Source: Minisyncoccota bacterium (GTDB lineage: Bacteria > Patescibacteriota > Minisyncoccia > Phycocordibacterales > UBA918). Taken from it: a DNA stretch of 64,000 nucleotides. The translations under genes and the position numbers were made by a program. The first letter of the stretch is position 1. Each line of letters begins with the position of its first letter. A model generated the notes under the pieces. It did no database searches, was not told where the DNA came from, and saw only the letters and a program-made list of their open reading frames with translations. This document shows, piece by piece, positions 57,974 to 64,000 of the stretch. The stretch is taken from assembly GCA_041389045.1 (NCBI GenBank), contig JAWKSQ010000001.1, positions 203,063 to 267,062 of the forward strand, in the 5' to 3' direction.

Positions 57974-58966
57974 ATGTCACCAGAACTTATCATTGCTATT
58001 AAAGAGAGAATTGAGGCTGGACACAGCAAAGAGCAAATCAAAGCTGAGGTTTTAGAAATTGGTTATACCGAGCCAGTTTTTGAGGAAGCTTACCAAACTG
58101 CTTTAGCTGACAGTCCTAATGATGTAATTGTCAGGTCCAGTCCATCTAGTGGCACCGAACTCATTTCCTACGGTGACTTTATGCGGGCGACTTGGGAGTT
58201 GGCTAGAGAGCAATTTGCTGTCTTTCTGAAGCTGTGTGGTATTAATCTACTAATAGTTATAGTCACAGTCGGAGCTTTGTTTGTTATTTTCAGTCAAGAA
58301 ATATTAGTTAAAATGACTAGAGGGGAAGAAGAGTTTTTGGCTTGGCTCACCCTGATCGGGGTTGTTTGGGCTTTCATTTGGCTTATGTCTTCTTTCATCT
58401 TGATTCGTGCGCTGTTAAAGCGAAACGAAAGTATGACCCTGCTGAGTCATTTTAATTGGAGTATCCGACACGCAATTGGTTTGATTGTCACCAGTGTAGT
58501 CATGGTGGTGTTAATAATGTTTGGTTATGTACTCCTGGTTGTTCCAGGACTTATGCTCGTTGCCTACCTTTACTTCACCCTATTCTTTTATTTGGATGAC
58601 CGTGCTTATGGAGTAAATTCGTTGGTGATTTCTACTAAATACACTTACGGACGTTTTTGGGCGGTAGTTGGTAGGATTATGTTACTTAGTATCGTCCTCT
58701 ACGTCATCACTTTAGCCGGAACTATGCTGAGTATGTTTACACTTATTCTGGCCCCGGTATTTGTGGTGGTGGTGATGTTAATCAGCTACTACCTTACCTA
58801 CTGTGGTTATGTTGTACTGTATGAGTCCCTGCTTAAGTCAGGTGTGGCGAAAGATCTGCCAATGGCAGATACCACTCTGTATGTTTCGTACAAATGGATT
58901 ACCATCGTCATCACACTGCTCATTTCAGGTATAGTATTTCTTGGTCTAGCTTCAAGTTTCTATTAG
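57974..58966 (+). CDS. hypothetical polytopic membrane protein
   Basis: A soluble N-terminal helix-rich segment is followed by about 6 TM segments. The ATG at 57974 is preferred. Confidence 0.55.
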   Translation: MSPELIIAIKERIEAGHSKEQIKAEVLEIGYTEPVFEEAYQTALADSPNDVIVRSSPSSGTELISYGDFMRATWELAREQFAVFLKLCGINLLIVIVTVGALFVIFSQEILVKMTRGEEEFLAWLTLIGVVWAFIWLMSSFILIRALLKRNESMTLLSHFNWSIRHAIGLIVTSVVMVVLIMFGYVLLVVPGLMLVAYLYFTLFFYLDDRAYGVNSLVISTKYTYGRFWAVVGRIMLLSIVLYVITLAGTMLSMFTLILAPVFVVVVMLISYYLTYCGYVVLYESLLKSGVAKDLPMADTTLYVSYKWITIVITLLISGIVFLGLASSFY

Positions 58967-58978
58967 ATACTCTCGCTT

Positions 58979-59544
58979 TTATTTTCTAATCCCCCAAGCC
59001 GTGGACAGCTCTGGTATGCGGTAGCGCCTGGATAGCGTAAATTGATAAACACCAAATAGACTAATAGTGATAACTTTTAGTACCTTAAATTGTACCCAGA
59101 TTTCCGGTGTTGTCAACTGTCTCACCACTTCGTTAGCCACCCGCCAATAAGGAAAATAAATATCCAGCGGACAGCAAGTATCCGCCAACCAATATCTTCC
59201 ATAGCAAAAACCTGAGAAAAGATTTTTTTAAAAAATGTTTACTTTAAAGATAAGGCCAATCGCGATTGTGAGCCCCATACCAAAATAATACAAAGAGTCA
59301 GCAAAGATGAGGGCGTCTGGTTTATGATAGAACAGTAATTGAACCAGAAATGATTACAAATACCCCGGAGATAATCGGGAGAACCGGTAAGTGTTTTTCA
59401 AAGTGCCAGCCAGTGGCAAGGGCGAGGATAGTTAGGAGCATGAGTATGCTAGTGGCGGTTTCGAAAGAAAAATTTGCGCAGCAAAAAAAAACCGATAATC
59501 GGAATAAATTCATTTAAGAGGTGAAGGAAAGCTTTTTTATTCAT
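58979..59544 (-). pseudogene. YciB/IspZ-like (intracellular septation protein A family) gene with at least 3 frame disruptions
   Basis: Pieces in three frames together read MNKKAFLHLLNEFIPIIGFF.., ..WRILAVRWIFIFLIGG.. and ..TPEIWVQFKVLKVITISLFGVY... This parallels E. coli YciB ..VWSKLNLAWAVFFILCG.. and ..[20 protein letters not shown]... Breaks occur at the a9 run (59485-59493) and the t7a6 run (59224-59236), among others. Confidence 0.5.
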
Positions 59545-59628
59545 ATCAATAGGGTAATTGTAGCATGGCGGGGTTTTGGCTTCGCCAAAACCCCGCCCCC
59601 ACCTTGACACCACCCTAATCAAATGTCC

Positions 59629-59656
59629 TTGACATAAGCTTAAAATCCTGTATAGT
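59629..59656 (+). promoter_or_regulatory. near-consensus sigma70 promoter at the left edge of the GC-rich island
   Basis: TTGACA, then 16 nt, then TATAGT. A second TTGACA lies at 59604-59609. Confidence 0.6.
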
Positions 59657-59851
59657 TGTTAGTGGAAATGGCGGAGTGGGGAGTGGGTCATAGTAACGAG
59701 CTAGATTCTTTTTATCTTGTTACGTGCACCACATCTCTGGTCCCCGCTTCGGCGGGAACCTACACTCCGCGCAAGCGGAAACAAGCGCTGGTCTGGGCAA
59801 TTCCGTCCAAACCAGCATTCCATCCACATGACACTTCAAGGAGAAAAAGTC

Positions 59852-60346
59852 ATGAATCGTTCCTTCAAAAACAAGACTGGTTTGGGGTTCGTCCTCGCGG
59901 TCTTGATGGCATTTGCGGGGCTTTTTGCCACGCTGATGCCGTCGCCAGCCAGCGCGCAGACGACAACTTGTGGTGGCTATTGTGGCAACGGAACAACTCC
60001 GTTCTACGGTGTCGAAACCATGGCCGACGGCTGGAGTGTCGGCGCTGCCGAGGCGACAACTTCCGGCGTTGGCAAGACGCAGCTGGGAAAGTCAGGTTCG
60101 CTCGTCGAAACTGGTGCTCAGTTTGAGACTGCCATCAACGGTGTGTTTTTCGGGCCAGGTACCACTTGTACCCCGGCGACCTGCGCTGACCAGTCCTTCA
60201 CTGCGAAGACGTCATTGTTTGGCAATGCGTTGGCCTTTGGTCAGCATAATGCCGAGTCGAATGACGGCGTAACGAAGTCGAGTTCGGGCGCTGGTACCAA
60301 CCTCCAAGGGTTGAGCAAGGCCATGGGTCGGTGGTTCAAACAGTAA
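59852..60346 (+). CDS. secreted hypothetical protein (island gene 1)
   Basis: AAGGAG 8 nt upstream and signal peptide MNRSFKNKTGLGFVLAVLMAFAGLFATLMPSPASA. The mature part is Gly/Thr/Ala-rich with 4 Cys. Preferred over the longer overlapping ORFs. Confidence 0.6.
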   Translation: MNRSFKNKTGLGFVLAVLMAFAGLFATLMPSPASAQTTTCGGYCGNGTTPFYGVETMADGWSVGAAEATTSGVGKTQLGKSGSLVETGAQFETAINGVFFGPGTTCTPATCADQSFTAKTSLFGNALAFGQHNAESNDGVTKSSSGAGTNLQGLSKAMGRWFKQ

Positions 60347-60400
60347 CCTAGACCTGTTTATGTCAAATACCTTCCAGCCTGACTGGAAGGTTGTCAGTCC

Positions 60401-60437
60401 AAATCGCCCAGTCTCACGACTTTGGGCGATTTTTTTG
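60401..60437 (+). terminator. rho-independent terminator after island gene 1
   Basis: aaatcgccca / tgggcgattt stem followed by a T-run. Confidence 0.7.
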
Positions 60438-60665
60438 TCAAAATCTAGACAGAGGCTATTATAACAAGCATTATTTGTGTAATAATGAACGACCCGAAAA
60501 AGAAGTATCGTCAAGACTTGATTTTTTATATAAAGTGTGCTATCATATTAAGTGAAGAAGGACGTGGAAGCGTTCTTTGACAATAAGGTTCCAAGTATTT
60601 TAAAAGTAGTTTGGAGCTGAATTTCAACCCGTCTTAAGAAATTAAGGCAAATTTAGGAGAAAGCC

Positions 60666-61451
60666 ATGAGTCGAAAGCTCATTTGGGTGGCGCTCATGGC
60701 GCCTACCCTCGGTCTCTGCTTTGGTGGTGACACCTTGGCAGCTGACATATCAATGCCGACGTCGGAAAATCCGGCATCGGTCAAATGGACGAAAATGACA
60801 ATCGGCACCTTCGGTGCTGATCCGTCGGTCATGTTCGCGCAGTGCGACAAGCAGGCTGCTTTCAATGAAAGTGATCGTTTGACGCCAGCACACTGTGCTG
60901 AGTTGCGCGAGAAGTACGGCAAAGGCGACTACACGGTCGTCTATGTCAACGATGGTATCGTTCACGACCTCATGGGTGCCCGTGTGAATGGGCAATCCAA
61001 GGTGGTTCAGTTGACTGAAAAACAACTCGGACGTTCGGATCGCGCTCTGCGCTTTCGTTTGTCTGGGGATATCGACGGTTACTGGTATACCGGCGACAAG
61101 GGAGTTTCGTGCAACAATTTTGCCGTCACTTTCTTGCCGGTATCACCTCTGCCACTTCTGGCTCTCAAGCCAGCGGTAGTCAAGCCTGATCCAGTGAAGT
61201 CTGTCGAGTATGTTGCTCCGGTCTTCAAAGAGCCGGCCTTGCCAATATGTCGGGTAGCTTCACGGACAAGTGTGGCACCTGCAAGGGTTCAACACACCTT
61301 TGTCAATGGTGTTCATATTCCGCACTTGTGTGGTTGTGGACATGGTGGTACGTATCTCCCTGAGATGCGTTCGACCACGGTGATTCCGAGTACGACAACA
61401 ACCGAGATGAAACTCGTCTGTGAAGACGCTCATCAAGACGAAACCAATTGA
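60666..61451 (+). CDS. secreted hypothetical protein (island gene 2)
   Basis: AGGAGA upstream and signal peptide MSRKLIWVALMAPTLGLCFGGDTLAA. 261 aa. Confidence 0.6.
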   Translation: MSRKLIWVALMAPTLGLCFGGDTLAADISMPTSENPASVKWTKMTIGTFGADPSVMFAQCDKQAAFNESDRLTPAHCAELREKYGKGDYTVVYVNDGIVHDLMGARVNGQSKVVQLTEKQLGRSDRALRFRLSGDIDGYWYTGDKGVSCNNFAVTFLPVSPLPLLALKPAVVKPDPVKSVEYVAPVFKEPALPICRVASRTSVAPARVQHTFVNGVHIPHLCGCGHGGTYLPEMRSTTVIPSTTTTEMKLVCEDAHQDETN

Positions 61452-61472
61452 AACTGAACCAAGGAGAAAGTG

Positions 61473-62060
61473 ATGAAAAACGCAATTTCGAGGATTTTGG
61501 TCCTCTGTGCAATGACCGTATCAAGCTTCCTGTTTGTCGGATGCGCTACGCACGGCAAGCAGGTGACGGCAGCTATCGGTGACGGGATGAAAATCCCACC
61601 GCCGAACTACCGTGAAGACACTGTTACGAGCAAGCCGTCCATGATGGAATCCAAACCTGTTCAAACGGTCATTTCCCAACTGCAGTTCAAGGACACGGAA
61701 GGGAAGGTGATCAAGTGGTCTCCCGACGGCAAGTCGGCTCCAACGGATACTGTCCGGTGGTGGAAGCAGATCGAGAACAACAGTGGCCTGGACACCTTCG
61801 TTCAGAATGCTGGTCCAGGTTTCCTGAATACCATCACCCAGGGCTGGTTCACGCTCAAGGCGAAGGATAAGGACATCAAGCACTGTAAGGAAGGTGGTTG
61901 TGACAAAGATGCGGGTGGAACCGTCGTCAATGTGCTCAACCAGAGCAATTCCGAGTCAGGTGCTGTTTCTCAACAGCAACAAGCATCGGAGCAATCGCAA
62001 GGTACAGCCCGGCCACGTTTGTCTTGCCGGGACAACAACACATGCGTTACTGCTCCGTAG
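61473..62060 (+). CDS. putative lipoprotein (island gene 3)
   Basis: AAGGAG upstream and a lipobox-like ..SFLFVGC|ATHG. Confidence 0.6.
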   Translation: MKNAISRILVLCAMTVSSFLFVGCATHGKQVTAAIGDGMKIPPPNYREDTVTSKPSMMESKPVQTVISQLQFKDTEGKVIKWSPDGKSAPTDTVRWWKQIENNSGLDTFVQNAGPGFLNTITQGWFTLKAKDKDIKHCKEGGCDKDAGGTVVNVLNQSNSESGAVSQQQQASEQSQGTARPRLSCRDNNTCVTAP

Positions 62061-62137
62061 AACGGACAAAAGACGCGTGACAACCTACGACTGTGGGCAG
62101 ATAATATCTGCTCGTGGTCAAACTCAAGGAGATAGTC

Positions 62138-63817
62138 ATGAAAGTGCGTACGTTTTTGATGGGGCTCATCCTCGTCTGTTCAACTCTCAGCTATGCAGCA
62201 AATTTGCCGGTCGTCAAACTGACACCGGTGGTTGCAAACGCTTATGTTCAACAGCTTCACGGTGCCGGCCTCATCAAGGACGGCGCTGTAGACAGTTACT
62301 ACGTGGCGGAGATCGTGTACGCTGAACTTCAACGGACGAAGACTTTGCCACAGGGTTCTCCCAAGGACCCAAGCGACAGTTTTGTTGCTGATCTCAAGAA
62401 GCGTCATGAATTGGGTGATACTGTCACCATGGAGCGTCTCAGTACGCTTTTCATGCGTGATGGTGTCAGCTTCGATCCGAAGGCGATGACTGCAGGTGCA
62501 ACGCCTGCGGTCGAGAAGGCACAGGTTGTGGCACAGGCGCCGGTGGCAACACCAGCGCCTGCGGCCACAGCTCCGGTGCCGGCACCAGCACAAGCTGTTG
62601 CTCCGGCCGTGCCTGTGGTAACGTCGGCGCAAGTCGATGATCTGCGGGTCAAGGCGGAAGCCAATGATAGTAAGTTCAACTTACTTAACGGCAAGGTCGA
62701 CAGACTCGGGGCACAGTTGGATCAGCTTGGTCGGGAGACCAAACTTTCGGCTACAACAGCCACTGCAGTGAAGGCCTTGCAAGCGGATTTGTCCGCCCTC
62801 AAACAGGGCGAAAGCAAATTCGCGACCAAGGCCGAGTGGCAGGAGGCGATGGCCACTTTCGAGACCAATGCTCTGCGGAGTTTTCGGGAACTCCTCCAGA
62901 AGGAGACGGAGATCTCCCTGGCTGCTCGCACTGAACTCCAAAACCGCCTCGCGGCGGTGGAGAAGTCTCAGGCCGACACCGCCAACTTTGGGAGTTACAT
63001 CCCAAGGGTTCTGAAAGCAGAGCAAAAAGTCGAAGGTCTGGAGTCTGCAGTTGCAGGTTTCAAGTCGACGACTTGGTTGGCGGTGGGCGCTTTGGCGTTT
63101 GCCTTCTTGGGTGTTGTAGGGTGGTACTTCAACCGCTCGCACATCACGCAAGTGAAAAATGCCCAAGAGAACGTTACGAAAGTAGCGGAGGAGGCCAGCA
63201 AAAAAGCTTCGGAGGAAACCCTCAAGGGCTACAAAGAAGTCCAGGAAGAATGGAGAAAATCCACTCAGAAGAAAATCGTGGCAGCCGCCGAAAAAGCGGT
63301 GACTACCCGGGTCCAAGGCTTGCTTGACCAGCACGCCGAGGGTGTTCGGGGGCTGATTGCCCAAGGGGTGGCACCGGTGGCCGATCGGGTGACGGCGGTG
63401 GAGAAAGATGTGGCTGAGCTCAAAGGTTGGCGTCAGGTTGAGCTTGACGTTGACCTACGGGCACGACTCACCTTGCTCACCGAGGAGGGACAAAAATGCC
63501 TCGTCAAGGTAGATATTCCGGCAGACGGCGAGGTGTATCGGGTAATCATTCGTCGGGAGACGAATGGACCTGAGTCTACCTACGAGGTAGTCGGTGTGTG
63601 TGGTGACGCCAGGTTGCTGGGAAACGACAAGAAGATGATGTACTCTGTCAAAGGAGTGAAGGCATCCAAGGTCGTGTCGACAATCTATCGGGCGGCCACC
63701 ATCGACCCTAAAGTCGGCAAATGCCGGCTGACAATACCGGTTGTGGAAAAGGAATGGCTCAAGGTCGTACCAGATTCGGAACCAGTCACTCAGCCGGCAG
63801 AACTGGCAACCGCGTAG
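62138..63817 (+). CDS. large coiled-coil membrane protein (island gene 4)
   Basis: AAGGAG upstream, signal peptide MKVRTFLMGLILVCSTLSYA, an Ala/Pro-rich linker, coiled-coil heptads, a central TM segment (TTWLAVGALAFAFLGVVGWYF) and a C-terminal globular part. Confidence 0.6.
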   Translation: MKVRTFLMGLILVCSTLSYAANLPVVKLTPVVANAYVQQLHGAGLIKDGAVDSYYVAEIVYAELQRTKTLPQGSPKDPSDSFVADLKKRHELGDTVTMERLSTLFMRDGVSFDPKAMTAGATPAVEKAQVVAQAPVATPAPAATAPVPAPAQAVAPAVPVVTSAQVDDLRVKAEANDSKFNLLNGKVDRLGAQLDQLGRETKLSATTATAVKALQADLSALKQGESKFATKAEWQEAMATFETNALRSFRELLQKETEISLAARTELQNRLAAVEKSQADTANFGSYIPRVLKAEQKVEGLESAVAGFKSTTWLAVGALAFAFLGVVGWYFNRSHITQVKNAQENVTKVAEEASKKASEETLKGYKEVQEEWRKSTQKKIVAAAEKAVTTRVQGLLDQHAEGVRGLIAQGVAPVADRVTAVEKDVAELKGWRQVELDVDLRARLTLLTEEGQKCLVKVDIPADGEVYRVIIRRETNGPESTYEVVGVCGDARLLGNDKKMMYSVKGVKASKVVSTIYRAATIDPKVGKCRLTIPVVEKEWLKVVPDSEPVTQPAELATA

Positions 63818-63830
63818 CTGAAACGGGAAT

Positions 63831-63860
63831 GGGTGAACGACCGCTTGCGGTCGTTCACCC
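63831..63860 (+). terminator. 14-bp stem-loop at the right edge of the GC-rich island
   Basis: gggtgaacgaccgc tt gcggtcgttcaccc. No T-run follows. Confidence 0.45.
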
Positions 63861-64000
63861 AGACTCAATGTTCTTTAGTACCTCAAAAGGGTAATGAATG
63901 GTTATTAGAAAATAGTAACTATCCATTTCCCAACGTCTCCCGCCAACTGTGGCTAGGAGACGTCAATTGAAACAATGCTTGGCAAAGGGGTTGTAGCTAG

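Noticed and set aside
59656-63868. Many long overlapping or antisense ORFs in the GC-rich island (e.g. 59656-60126, 59970-60272, 62180-62632, 62681-63364, 63455-63868).
   Set aside because: They are expected by-products of high GC (few stop codons). They lack ribosome-binding sites and export signals, and they overlap better-supported same-locus genes that have SD sequences and signal peptides.

Overview
This 64-kb window looks like a small, low-GC bacterial genome of the Candidate Phyla Radiation (Patescibacteria) type. That assignment is an inference from gene content, not a database result. Most of the window is compact housekeeping sequence. It carries thyA, glyA, four aminoacyl-tRNA synthetases (argS, ileS, glyQS, metG), recO, tatD, rpsF-ssb-rpsR, efp, an ECF-like sigma factor, recA, ftsK, rplJ-rplL, a SEDS protein, cell-envelope sugar enzymes, folD, secDF and an archaeal-type pyrH. 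Many signal-peptide or membrane ORFans are interspersed. RNA genes are tRNA-Pro(GGG) and an rRNA unit with no 16S. That unit reads: promoter, about 560-nt structured leader, 23S, tRNA-Trp(CCA), 5S. The 23S gene spans about 4.0 kb because it holds a ~66-nt expansion hairpin and two group-I-like introns. One is an ORF-less 218-nt intron at E. coli position 1931. The other is a 781-nt intron that splits the sarcin-ricin loop and encodes a LAGLIDADG endonuclease. The main items for follow-up are: (1) an ileS ORF with an apparently intact histidine-phosphatase domain nested inside it; (2) a ~137-nt structured element present twice with compensatory stem changes; (3) a ~4.3-kb GC-rich island of four secreted or membrane ORFans at 59.6-63.9 kb; (4) a small-gene cassette region between argS and ileS with duplicated terminator and promoter modules and a paralog pair; (5) several candidate operator or iteron motifs. 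Seven otherwise conserved genes (argS, ftsK, an S-layer-like gene, a sugar transferase, a P-loop kinase, a yciB-like gene) plus an IS200-like tnpA are broken by single-base indels, mostly at short homopolymer runs. I read this as assembly or basecalling error rather than biology, except where in-frame stop codons occur. No CRISPR array was seen. All coordinates of RNA ends, introns, promoters and hairpins come from reading by eye and may be off by a few bases.
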